From: an uncultured Bdellovibrionales bacterium
GTDB taxonomy: Bacteria; Patescibacteriota; Minisyncoccia; Moranbacterales; GWC2-37-73
NCBI GenBank assembly: GCA_964452415.1
Contig: CAYVME010000002.1
Coordinates: 1 to 59,268, forward strand
Reading direction: 5' to 3'
Length of the DNA: 59,268 bases
The position numbers were made by a program, and so were the translations under genes. Numbering within the stretch: the stretch's first letter is position 1; each line of letters begins with the position of its first letter. Under the pieces are notes generated by a model. It saw only the letters and a list, made by a program, of their open reading frames with translations. It did not search any database and had not been told where the DNA came from. Of this stretch, positions 17,008 through 25,743 are shown piece after piece.

Positions 17008-18942
17008 ATGCTTGATTTCATAATTTCACAACTGCTATTTTATCTTTCAATCGCCATTGTGCTTTTTTTGCCTGGATATGCAATCTTGCATGCAACATAT
17101 GGCAAAAGAAAACCTTTCCATTCTATTGAAACATTTCTACTGTCATTTGGCATAAGTCTTGTCACAATCGATATTGTCATGATTCTTTTGGGCAAAGCAG
17201 GAATTCCGTTGACGGCAATATCCATAATATCTTCACTGATATTACTTTTTCTTGCATGTTTCGTCATCTTCACTCTCAGACTCAGAAAATCAAAGATATC
17301 AAACAAGAACACTGTTTCAAAAATTTTATTTTCCAAAAAAGAATTCTACCTCTTTGTTTTTCTCATGTTTTTAACCATTTTTTTCAGAACAGCCTATCTC
17401 AACAAAACCATAGCTCCAACAGCCACAGACCTTGGGCACCACATGTATTGGGTTAATGTTATAACTCAAACACATTCTTTGCCAGATTATGCAAAAACAG
17501 ACATCGTGCAAAAAGATGGAAACTATCAAATAAGTGATCCGCAAAAAATTGATGACTTCATCATTGGAGAACATTTATTTATTGCTGCTATAGTCCTGAC
17601 AACCAAGATAAATGTAATTTCATCATTTCCAGTGATATTATTATATTTAACAGATATAATGGGGATACTTGCCATTTTTATTTTGACGCAGACTCTCTTT
17701 TCGAAATTTTCTTTTGCTAATAACTCTGCCCTGTTTTCTCTGTTCTTGTTGGGACCACTTTTTGCAATGTCATCTTCTCAGGCAAATTTTGTGAGCGGTG
17801 GCGTGATTGGAAATCTGCTTGGAAACGTACTTATTCCACTGTCCATATATTTGTTCTATCGGGCAATTGCAGAAAAACGAGCTTCCTTTTTTATGTTTGG
17901 AATGCTTACAGCTTTTGGATTGTTGTACACTCATCATTTGAGCGCATTCATTTTTATCTTTGCAATATCTGCAACTTTTTTATTGCTTTTTTCCAATCCG
18001 CGCAAAGGCCTTGAGGACTTCAAAGAATTGTTGCGTCAGATGATTAATCCTTTTTCATTGGTCATTATTGCACTTACTGTTCTCTTCTTCTTTTTCATTT
18101 TGATGCCGAGCTACATTCAAAACAACGCCGTGCAAACAGTCATTGGCGCACCGACTCGCTCAACAAAAGAAGGTTTGGCAATCAGTCAACTGTCATCACT
18201 TACAGGCCAAGTTCGAATGGCTTTGGCATTTGTTGGTCTTTTGGGTCTTTTTATCTTCAGAAACAAATTCCGCAGACAATTTGCAGTTCTTGCTGGTTGG
18301 ACAGGTGTCATCTTTTTGATGTCATGGAAACCGACACTTGTGAATATCAACATTCCATCATCAAGAATAGCCAACTATTTGGTTTTTCCTGCTGTTATTG
18401 CTGGATCATTTTTACTCGCATGGTTTTTTGAAAAATTAAAATCATCTGAATCCAAAAAATTCTATTTGAAAGAAAATTGGCTATTTGCCAGTCTTCTCGT
18501 TCTTTTGGTTTTCGCTTCAGTTGAAGGATACAGAGACAACGCAAACTCAATAAAAGAAAAGATCAGCGCCGACTCAGCGGTCATAACTTATGATAGCGCA
18601 AAATATTTGGTTTCACATACTGACAAATCAGACATCATCTTGAAAGATCACAATTTCATTTCAAACGATTCTTGGATGAAAATATTCTTCATGCGCGATT
18701 ACAACTATCCACTCACCAGAAGTTTTTTCTTTCGCTATGAAGGCTCAACCACAAGAGAAACCTGCACTCTTGAAATGATCTCGAATCCAAATTCAGACCT
18801 TGGCAAAAAATGTTTCCAACAAACAGGAACCAGATTTGTCCTGGTAAACCCGGTTTTTGATGGAGCACAATTTGAAAAGAACAATTCATTCTGGAAAGTG
18901 TACAACAGTGGCGCAATATCAACATATTATCTTAAGAAATAA
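17008..18942 (+). CDS. Large polytopic membrane protein with a C-terminal soluble domain (possible GT-C-like enzyme; function unassigned)
   Basis: 644-aa ORF with more than 10 hydrophobic helices followed by a ~150-aa hydrophilic tail. I could not recognise a diagnostic motif. Confidence 0.6.
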   Translation: MLDFIISQLLFYLSIAIVLFLPGYAILHATYGKRKPFHSIETFLLSFGISLVTIDIVMILLGKAGIPLTAISIISSLILLFLACFVIFTLRLRKSKISNKNTVSKILFSKKEFYLFVFLMFLTIFFRTAYLNKTIAPTATDLGHHMYWVNVITQTHSLPDYAKTDIVQKDGNYQISDPQKIDDFIIGEHLFIAAIVLTTKINVISSFPVILLYLTDIMGILAIFILTQTLFSKFSFANNSALFSLFLLGPLFAMSSSQANFVSGGVIGNLLGNVLIPLSIYLFYRAIAEKRASFFMFGMLTAFGLLYTHHLSAFIFIFAISATFLLLFSNPRKGLEDFKELLRQMINPFSLVIIALTVLFFFFILMPSYIQNNAVQTVIGAPTRSTKEGLAISQLSSLTGQVRMALAFVGLLGLFIFRNKFRRQFAVLAGWTGVIFLMSWKPTLVNINIPSSRIANYLVFPAVIAGSFLLAWFFEKLKSSESKKFYLKENWLFASLLVLLVFASVEGYRDNANSIKEKISADSAVITYDSAKYLVSHTDKSDIILKDHNFISNDSWMKIFFMRDYNYPLTRSFFFRYEGSTTRETCTLEMISNPNSDLGKKCFQQTGTRFVLVNPVFDGAQFEKNNSFWKVYNSGAISTYYLKK

Positions 18943-18951
18943 TCACCTCCT

Positions 18952-19314
18952 ATGGAAAAATCAAAGCAAATATTAATAATAACCATAGCAATGTTTCTGT
19001 TTAGCGCTATTTGGCTTTCTCATATTTCGCAAAAACAAATGGATCCAGATTATCAAAAAAATTGGTGGACTCTTTCCTTTGATGATCCCAAGGACAACAG
19101 TGTTAACTTTGTGATCGCAAATCATTCCTCACAAAAAACATTCCATTGGAAAATCATGATCAACAAGAAGACAATAAAGGAGGGCGACCTTGAGGTCGAA
19201 ACAGGAAAAACAAGAACCGTGCCCGTATCCTCGGCCAACATCAAGGACAGCAAAATAACAATTTCAGTCACTGATCAGGAAAATAACAAGAAAGAAATAT
19301 ACAAAAAGTTATAA
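18952..19314 (+). CDS. Small N-terminally anchored protein (hypothetical)
   Basis: 120-aa ORF with one TM helix and a beta-rich tail. It is tightly packed behind the 644-aa membrane protein. Confidence 0.55.
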   Translation: MEKSKQILIITIAMFLFSAIWLSHISQKQMDPDYQKNWWTLSFDDPKDNSVNFVIANHSSQKTFHWKIMINKKTIKEGDLEVETGKTRTVPVSSANIKDSKITISVTDQENNKKEIYKKL

Positions 19315-19326
19315 AAAATATCAGCA

Positions 19327-19360
19327 ATTCGCAGATTGGCGTTTATTCGCGGATTAGCAT
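19327..19360. repeat. ATTCGC...GGATTAGCAT repeat family, copy 1
   Basis: ATTCGCAGATTGGCGTTTATTCGCGGATTAGCAT. Related copies lie at 40782-40835, 43612-43665 and 44761-44800. Confidence 0.55.
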
Positions 19361-19373
19361 AACACCTCAAAAT

Positions 19374-20489
19374 ATGAAAAAAATATTATTAATCACTCGT
19401 CCCATTGCTCCCCCGTGGGATGAAGCCTCAAAAAACTTCGCCTATTACCTCGCCAAAAGCGTGGAGGGTTTTGAATTCAGTGTTCTCACACCTGGGAAGA
19501 TTGATGCTCTTGAAGAAAAAATACACCAGCTTCCAATTTATTCGAAAAACCACCTCGACTGGGGTGAGCGTCTTCGAATGTTCAAACTTGCGCCAATGAT
19601 CAAGAACTTTGATATTGCCCACTTCATGCTGACACCAAACAAGCTGAACACTTTTGCTTTCAAAACTTTCTTGTCCAGCCCAAAAACCAAAACGGTTCAA
19701 ACGATTGCGACTCTGCGCGAAGATCTTTTTTCAGATGATGATTTCAAGAAAATAATTTTTGCAGATTTGATAATAACCTATTCTGACTATGCAAAAAACA
19801 AGCTGGAAAAAATAGGTCTTGAAAATGTCATCAGAATTTATCCTGGAATTGATGTTGAAAAATTTTCACCAACCCCAAAAGACTTGCAGACAATGTCAAT
19901 GTTCAACATTGATCAAAATGATTTTGTGATAACTTATCCGGGAGAATACACTCGACTTGGCGCCACAGATGACATTGTTGAAATGCTTCCTGCTCTTTTT
20001 GCCAGAATTCCCAATGCAAAATTTATCTTTGCCAACAGAGTAAAAAATGAAAAAGATGCTCGCAAAAAAGATGAAGTGATTGCGATATTGGAAGAAAAAG
20101 ACATTCTTGATCGCGTCATTTTCACTGACACATTTTCAGATATGCCTAAAATATACAACCTTTCTGATGTGGTTATCTTCCCTGTTCGTGACATGAAAGG
20201 AAAATTCGATGTTCCGCTTGCAGTCATTGAAGCATTTGCCTGCGCCAAACCTGTGATAATCTCCAATCTCCCAATCTTGAAAGAATTTTCCTCGGATGAG
20301 ACTTCAATTTCAATTGATCCAACAGACAAAAGCCAATTGCCAAATGCCATCATTGACCTATTTGAAAACCAAGACAAATGTGCCAAAATAGGAGAAGTAT
20401 CCAGAAAATATGCAATGGAAAATTTCAACATCAAGGATGTCGCCAATCTTTATAATCAGGCATACAATAAACTTAATCCAAATGAATAA
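19374..20489 (+). CDS. GT4-like (GT-B fold) glycosyltransferase
   Basis: 371-aa ORF with a C-terminal E-X7-E-like region (DVPLAVIEAFACAKPVIISN). Its stop overlaps the next start (ATGAATAA). Confidence 0.7.
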   Translation: MKKILLITRPIAPPWDEASKNFAYYLAKSVEGFEFSVLTPGKIDALEEKIHQLPIYSKNHLDWGERLRMFKLAPMIKNFDIAHFMLTPNKLNTFAFKTFLSSPKTKTVQTIATLREDLFSDDDFKKIIFADLIITYSDYAKNKLEKIGLENVIRIYPGIDVEKFSPTPKDLQTMSMFNIDQNDFVITYPGEYTRLGATDDIVEMLPALFARIPNAKFIFANRVKNEKDARKKDEVIAILEEKDILDRVIFTDTFSDMPKIYNLSDVVIFPVRDMKGKFDVPLAVIEAFACAKPVIISNLPILKEFSSDETSISIDPTDKSQLPNAIIDLFENQDKCAKIGEVSRKYAMENFNIKDVANLYNQAYNKLNPNE

Positions 20490-21879
20490 CAAATTTGAAA
20501 AAATCTCAGATTTCATTCAAGAAATGAAAAACAAAAACGAACCGGGTTCGGGAATTTTTTTTGTGGCAGAAAATGAAAAACCAAACGAGCAAATTTTGCA
20601 AAGCATTCAAGATCTGACCAAGGAACCAAAAATAGATCAGCCGGTGGCAGTTCTTAGTGAAGCCCACAAGAAACCAATCATCAAGAGCCCCAGTGGAACC
20701 GTTGTGGCATCCAGTTTGCACATGTTGCCTGAAGTTATGGATGCGGCTCCAAATTGCGGGATGAGAGTGATCAAAACTGATTTGAAGGATGAAGAAATGA
20801 CAAGCGAAAATATTGAACTTCTTTTTGATGAGATTAAAAAAACCATACCAACTGGCGGCCTGAGCGGAGAAGTGATTTCAAAAAACCTTGCCAATGAAAT
20901 TTTCGCCAGCGGAACCTCAGCACTGACAAAAAGATTTGAATTGAGAACACTAAATGAAATGGGAAACACCTATGAAAATGGAAATTTTTTCAAACCAGCC
21001 CAGCATCAATTGCTCGCTGATCCAACAAAATCAATACCATCAATAATCAAATGGATAGCAAAATTCAGATTGAATCTGCTCGGAGCAACCAACAGTCATT
21101 TTCTGTATCTTGCTAAAATATCCGAAATCACAAATCCCGAAAAAGCTGAGGCACTTGGACTGAAAGATGGCCAATATGTTTTTTTCATGCACACCGGATC
21201 AAGCATCGTGGGAAGATACACGGCTTCACTATACACGCCCAGAAAAATAAAAAGTTTTCTTCAAAGAACCATCGTTTCTTTCTTGAGAAAGGTTTCTCCA
21301 CAGCGCATAATATCAATTCTCCCCTCAGCAAGAAAAACAAACGATGCACTTTTTGCATATGACGGAGAAAGTGAAGCTGGAAAAATGTTTTTTTCAGCTC
21401 TGGGGGCAGTCAGCAACTATGGTTTTGCCAATCGCGCATTGATAACAAGAAGTCTTGATTTTACTTTGGAAAAATTTTTCAAAAGGCAAGTGGAAATGGA
21501 TTTATTGTATGATGCTCCACATGTTTTCTTGAGTCGAGAGAGACAATCAGACAAGACTCTTTGGATTCACCGCAATGGAGCAAACAGAGCATTTGGGCCC
21601 TCCTTGATGAGTGACCACGAGATCTTTCAAAAAACTGGAGAGCCAGTTTTGATTGCTCCATTTGAAGGAACGGCTGGATTCATAGGAGTTGGAACTGATG
21701 AAAATTCCCTGTCCTATTATTCTGCGAATCATGAAATTGGAAAAATTAAAGACCTTTCAATTACACCTGAAGAATACAAGGAACATGGAGAAAAGATTAT
21801 ATTTGAAATGGAAAAAAATAAGCTCATCACACTGGTCGCAAAAGTAGAGCCCATTAAAGTCTTAACATATCAAAAATGA
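20482..21879 (+). CDS. Divergent RtcB-family (RNA 3'-phosphate ligase-like) protein
   Basis: By-eye motif alignment to RtcB: EAH (for PDxH), NCGM (DIGCGM), NSHF (GNHF), MHTGSS (HSGSRG), IHRNGA (HRKGA) and SANHEIGK (SxxHGAGR). I prefer the start at ATG 20482 (MNNKFEK), which overlaps the upstream stop by 8 nt. Confidence 0.6.
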   Translation: MNNKFEKISDFIQEMKNKNEPGSGIFFVAENEKPNEQILQSIQDLTKEPKIDQPVAVLSEAHKKPIIKSPSGTVVASSLHMLPEVMDAAPNCGMRVIKTDLKDEEMTSENIELLFDEIKKTIPTGGLSGEVISKNLANEIFASGTSALTKRFELRTLNEMGNTYENGNFFKPAQHQLLADPTKSIPSIIKWIAKFRLNLLGATNSHFLYLAKISEITNPEKAEALGLKDGQYVFFMHTGSSIVGRYTASLYTPRKIKSFLQRTIVSFLRKVSPQRIISILPSARKTNDALFAYDGESEAGKMFFSALGAVSNYGFANRALITRSLDFTLEKFFKRQVEMDLLYDAPHVFLSRERQSDKTLWIHRNGANRAFGPSLMSDHEIFQKTGEPVLIAPFEGTAGFIGVGTDENSLSYYSANHEIGKIKDLSITPEEYKEHGEKIIFEMEKNKLITLVAKVEPIKVLTYQK

Positions 21880-22466
21880 AAATAATTTCCATTTCCGGAC
21901 TGGATGGCTCTGGGAAATCAACACAATTGGAACTTTTGAAAAAGGATTTTGAATCGCAAGGGAAAAAAGTTTTCTATTTCCATGCGGTCAATTTCAGCAT
22001 TGCCAATTTGCTCAATAAAAATAAAAAGGCTGGTGCCAACAATGGCGTCACCCAGGCCAGCTGGATCAAGATCTTATTGCGTTTTTTGGCGATGAGAATA
22101 GACATTTTTCGCTTCAAAAAACTCAAAAAAGACTTGTCCTCCCAGGGATACGATTTCATCCTTTCTGACCGCTTTTTCTATGATTCAGTGGTCAATTTAG
22201 CCTATCTAATGACTCAAAAAATGCCCCCGGGCATCGAAAAAAGCATACCCCGCTCTGATATCGCTTTTTACCTAAAAACCGATCCTAAGTCAATAATGAA
22301 GCGCAAGCGAGCTCCTGAGCAAGGTTTTTCCTATCTTGAGAGCAAAAATGCCCTATATGACACTTGTGCCCCAATTTGGGACATGATTACCGTGGACGGG
22401 AATGATTCAGCCGAAAATATCCATGAAAAAATTGCATCGTACGCAATACAAGGTTTCAATAAGTGA
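21876..22466 (+). CDS. Thymidylate-kinase-like P-loop kinase
   Basis: 196-aa ORF with a P-loop (ISGLDGSGKSTQ) and a Tmk-like motif (SDRFFYDSVVNLAY). It shares an ATGA start/stop overlap with the RtcB-like gene. Confidence 0.65.
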   Translation: MKIISISGLDGSGKSTQLELLKKDFESQGKKVFYFHAVNFSIANLLNKNKKAGANNGVTQASWIKILLRFLAMRIDIFRFKKLKKDLSSQGYDFILSDRFFYDSVVNLAYLMTQKMPPGIEKSIPRSDIAFYLKTDPKSIMKRKRAPEQGFSYLESKNALYDTCAPIWDMITVDGNDSAENIHEKIASYAIQGFNK

Positions 22467-22482
22467 GGGCTACCTTTTTGAT

Positions 22483-22509
22483 TTGACTGTTTTCTTTTGA
22501 GACTATAAT
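22483..22509 (+). promoter_or_regulatory. Candidate promoter for wzx
   Basis: TTGACT (22483-22488) and TATAAT (22504-22509), but the spacer is only 15 nt. Confidence 0.35.
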
Positions 22510-22647
22510 GAACGACAGTGAATTCTTAGCGAGCAATCATAGTATTTCGATTGCGAAGCGTGTCGAGAAAGGAAACAGGCAAAGCAAAAAATTTCAAAAG
22601 AACCATGTATTGCGTACAACCTCATAAAACATATAACGAAAATATCC

Positions 22648-24156
22648 ATGAAAAAACAATCAGTAGTTTCATCAATACTCTGGCTCACAATTGCGGAAGT
22701 GTTTTTCAATCTTTCGGGCTACATCATTCATTCAAGCCTTGGAAGAATGCTTGGACCTGCTGACTATGGAAGATACGCCCTCATTATAACCCTGACCACG
22801 ATGGTGATCATGCTCATTGGTAATGGAATCCCAACTGCAATGAGCAAATATCTCAGCGAAATTTTTGAAACAAAACCAGATTTGGTTTTCGTGATCAAAA
22901 AACAAGCCGCAATTCTGCAATTCTCACTTATTGGAATTGTCACTTTGGCATTCTATCTCCTTGCGCCGGTCATCGCCGTTCTTTTGGGCGATCCATCTCT
23001 GACCCCACTGCTCAAAATTTCAACTTTCATCATTCCATCATATGCAGCTGCTTCTTTCTATCTCTACTATTACATCGGCATTCATCGCTTCTCCATGCAA
23101 TCAACCATGAAGATTATTCGCTCTTTTGCTCGCATCGGTTTCGTGCTTTGGCTGGCATATCTCTTCAAACTCAAAGGCTCAATCGCATCATACATTCTTT
23201 CTCCTGCTCCAGTTTTCCTGATTGCATTTCTCGTGGACAAATTTTGGATAAACAAACAATTTCCAAAAAAATCAATTCACACTTTTGATTGGAAAAAACT
23301 CTTGAATTATGCCTGGCCAGTGACGCTCTTTATGCTTTTTTATGAAATGCTGATTTCTTTGGATTTGTACATGGTCAAAGCTTTGCTTCACGATGATGCC
23401 TTGACTGGAATTTACAACGCTTCACTGACGGTTGGACGCATTCCCTATTATCTTTTCTATGCACTTACCATGGTGATGTTGCCGTCAATTTCACGCACAA
23501 CTTCTCAAAATGATCACACCGAAACAAATCGAATCATCAGTCAAACTTTTCGCATAATGATAATGCTTCTTTTTCCTTTGACCATTGCCATGATTGCCTA
23601 TGCTTCGCCATTGGTATCTCTCTTTTTTGGCTCAAAATTTGCCTTGGCCGCACTCTCAACGCAAATATTAACATTTGGCGTTGCATTCCTCACCGTTTTC
23701 TATGTTATGTGTTTTGCGCTCAATGGCGCAGGCATGGTCTTCATCCCAATGTACATCTCACTTTTCGGAATGATTCTAAATGGCGTCCTGAATTATTTTT
23801 TGGTTTTGAAATATGGAATCACAGGAAGCGCCATTGCCACCTCAATCACAGCGATTGTCATCACAATCATAATTCTTTTTTTCATTCACAAGCACTTCAA
23901 AGGATTAATGCGAATTAAAAGTTTCTTGAAATTTTTCCTGGCTGGAACCGTGATGACACTGGCATCATTTCTTTTTCCCGCACACAATTTGCTCTTCATC
24001 CTCTGGAGCTTTGTTTTGACCGGAATCTACATCATGGCTTTATACTTTCTGGGAGAATTCACCAAGAAAGATATCTCTCTTTTTCACCACATGCTTTTTT
24101 CCCGAAAGAAAAAAGCATCCCCTGCTTCCCCAGAAGATGCCAACCAATTAAATTAA
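22648..24156 (+). CDS. wzx: Wzx-type oligosaccharide flippase (MOP superfamily polysaccharide biosynthesis protein)
   Basis: 502-aa ORF with about 14 hydrophobic helices. Its N-terminal region is typical of polysaccharide flippases. Confidence 0.7.
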   Translation: MKKQSVVSSILWLTIAEVFFNLSGYIIHSSLGRMLGPADYGRYALIITLTTMVIMLIGNGIPTAMSKYLSEIFETKPDLVFVIKKQAAILQFSLIGIVTLAFYLLAPVIAVLLGDPSLTPLLKISTFIIPSYAAASFYLYYYIGIHRFSMQSTMKIIRSFARIGFVLWLAYLFKLKGSIASYILSPAPVFLIAFLVDKFWINKQFPKKSIHTFDWKKLLNYAWPVTLFMLFYEMLISLDLYMVKALLHDDALTGIYNASLTVGRIPYYLFYALTMVMLPSISRTTSQNDHTETNRIISQTFRIMIMLLFPLTIAMIAYASPLVSLFFGSKFALAALSTQILTFGVAFLTVFYVMCFALNGAGMVFIPMYISLFGMILNGVLNYFLVLKYGITGSAIATSITAIVITIIILFFIHKHFKGLMRIKSFLKFFLAGTVMTLASFLFPAHNLLFILWSFVLTGIYIMALYFLGEFTKKDISLFHHMLFSRKKKASPASPEDANQLN

Positions 24157-24194
24157 TATTCAATTTCTCTCGCTTCACCAAACAATAAAAAAAA

Positions 24195-25742
24195 CTACTT
24201 CTTTTCCCGCTTAAAAATCACCACATCTCCGAACTTTTTATCGACCATAAATTCCTTTTTGATCAAGGCCAAGGCTTCCTTGTCGAAACTCCCACTGTTC
24301 TTTTCGAAAACTCCCCAAACTGTATCATTTTCCGACATTATCCTCTCAAGCTCGGCAAGGCTTATTTTTTGATGAGCCTTGAGATCATGGGCGATCAGCC
24401 CTGCCCTAGCATAATAAAAATTACGGAAATTTCTGGTTATCAAGGCGTCTCCCCTTGAAGAATTTTTAGTAAGATAAGCAAAAGCCTCTCTGTAATCATC
24501 CTTTTCGTCAATCTGGGAATAAATACCCTGACTGAAAAATAACTTATTATAATCAGGCAAGGCTAGCAAGAAAAAAGTTACCGTGAGCATAAAGAAAAAT
24601 TTCTTGCTGGACAGAGAATTTTCTTGGACAAATTTAGCAATATAATAGATACCGGAAGCAAGCAAAATTATTCCAAATGGCATTGCAAAATAAATAAATC
24701 GCAGTCCATATCCGAATTTCAAAACAAACGTCATGGCTCCCACAATGCCAAAGAAAGATGCCAGCAACCACAATCCCTTCTTACTGCCCTCTTCATTATT
24801 CTTTATTAAAAAATAAGATCCGATACATATTAGAGCATACGCCACAAAAGGATTAACATAGTCACTCACTGCTCCCAATATATATCTGGAATTAAATCTG
24901 AAAAACTCAATCGATCCTTGATAATAGCTATCCTTAAAAAAGTTTATGCTTCCATTTTTGTAACTTATTATTTCTGGGAATAATAACATTGTGGAAATAA
25001 ATGCAAGCATTGAGGCAACAACGAAGAAAACATACTTATTCTTCCAGGAATGCTCCTGTTTAAAAATAAAAAGAGCTTTCATCAGACAATACAACAGAAA
25101 CACTCCACCAATAACCACAGTCAAAAGATGCAGATTAAAAGACAAGGTAAAAACAATAAAAACAAAAGGTGCCCAGAAGAAGTTAAAGCCCGTCTTTCTT
25201 TTCAGGTATTCAATACTTTCCCAATCTTTTCCTGTTTTCCCCTCAAAAAACAGAAACACGAGCCAAGACAAAAGCAAGAAGATTGGAAATAACATGGCAT
25301 ACATTCTCAAGGTTCTATCAATTGTTATTCCTGCAATACTTATTGAGAATAAAAAAGAAGAAATCAAGCCCACAGCATTTTTGCCAGTGAAATATCTCCC
25401 TGCGAAATACACCAACACGATACTTACAACACCCCAGAAAACACTCACGGTTCTGGCAACAAAAATAGTAGGATCAAAAAAATTAAACAATTGACTAACT
25501 TGAATCTTATACATCCAAGCCCTGTTGTCTCGAGGGGCAAACAGACTATCGTTAACCATCTGACTGTTGAAATCCCAAGCTTTCCACTGTCCGGTCATGT
25601 GATAGCCAAAGGAGGAATTGATATCCAAAAATTCATCCGTGGTCAATGGCAATGCATCAAGTTTATACAATCGAAGAAAAAGCCCCAAAAGCACTATGGA
25701 AATCAAAATTAACAAGGATTTCTTATTGATCATACTTTTCAT
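24195..25742 (-). CDS. GT-C fold membrane glycosyltransferase (ArnT/PMT-like), tandem paralog 3 of 3
   Basis: First-loop DE motif (LTTDEFLD), the arm ARTVSVFWGVVSIVLVYFAGRYF, and a C-terminal soluble domain. I trimmed the start to ATG 25742, 1 nt after the upstream stop. Confidence 0.75.
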   Translation of the reverse strand: MKSMINKKSLLILISIVLLGLFLRLYKLDALPLTTDEFLDINSSFGYHMTGQWKAWDFNSQMVNDSLFAPRDNRAWMYKIQVSQLFNFFDPTIFVARTVSVFWGVVSIVLVYFAGRYFTGKNAVGLISSFLFSISIAGITIDRTLRMYAMLFPIFLLLSWLVFLFFEGKTGKDWESIEYLKRKTGFNFFWAPFVFIVFTLSFNLHLLTVVIGGVFLLYCLMKALFIFKQEHSWKNKYVFFVVASMLAFISTMLLFPEIISYKNGSINFFKDSYYQGSIEFFRFNSRYILGAVSDYVNPFVAYALICIGSYFLIKNNEEGSKKGLWLLASFFGIVGAMTFVLKFGYGLRFIYFAMPFGIILLASGIYYIAKFVQENSLSSKKFFFMLTVTFFLLALPDYNKLFFSQGIYSQIDEKDDYREAFAYLTKNSSRGDALITRNFRNFYYARAGLIAHDLKAHQKISLAELERIMSENDTVWGVFEKNSGSFDKEALALIKKEFMVDKKFGDVVIFKREKK

Positions 25743-25743
25743 G

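Noticed and set aside
18944-18951. CACCTCCT immediately upstream of the ATG at 18952. On the minus strand it would read as a perfect SD (AGGAGGTG).
   Set aside because: On the plus strand it is the anti-SD sequence, not an SD. On the minus strand no start codon or ORF follows it at a suitable distance. I treat it as coincidence.
20410-20481. N-terminal extensions of track ORFs that overlap the preceding gene: 20410-20481, 50091-50186, 52386-52508, 54648-54725, 57861-57929, 25743-25820, 27301-27360, 28830-28916 and 43053-43211.
   Set aside because: In each case an internal ATG sits at or just after the upstream stop, or downstream of a mapped promoter. It also begins the region that matches the family or paralog N-terminus, so I trimmed the starts accordingly.
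22508-22627. A 39-codon ORF starting at the ATG embedded in the TATAATG box upstream of wzx, as a possible leader peptide.
   Set aside because: The ATG overlaps the -10 hexamer, so it would lie upstream of the expected transcription start. It has no SD.
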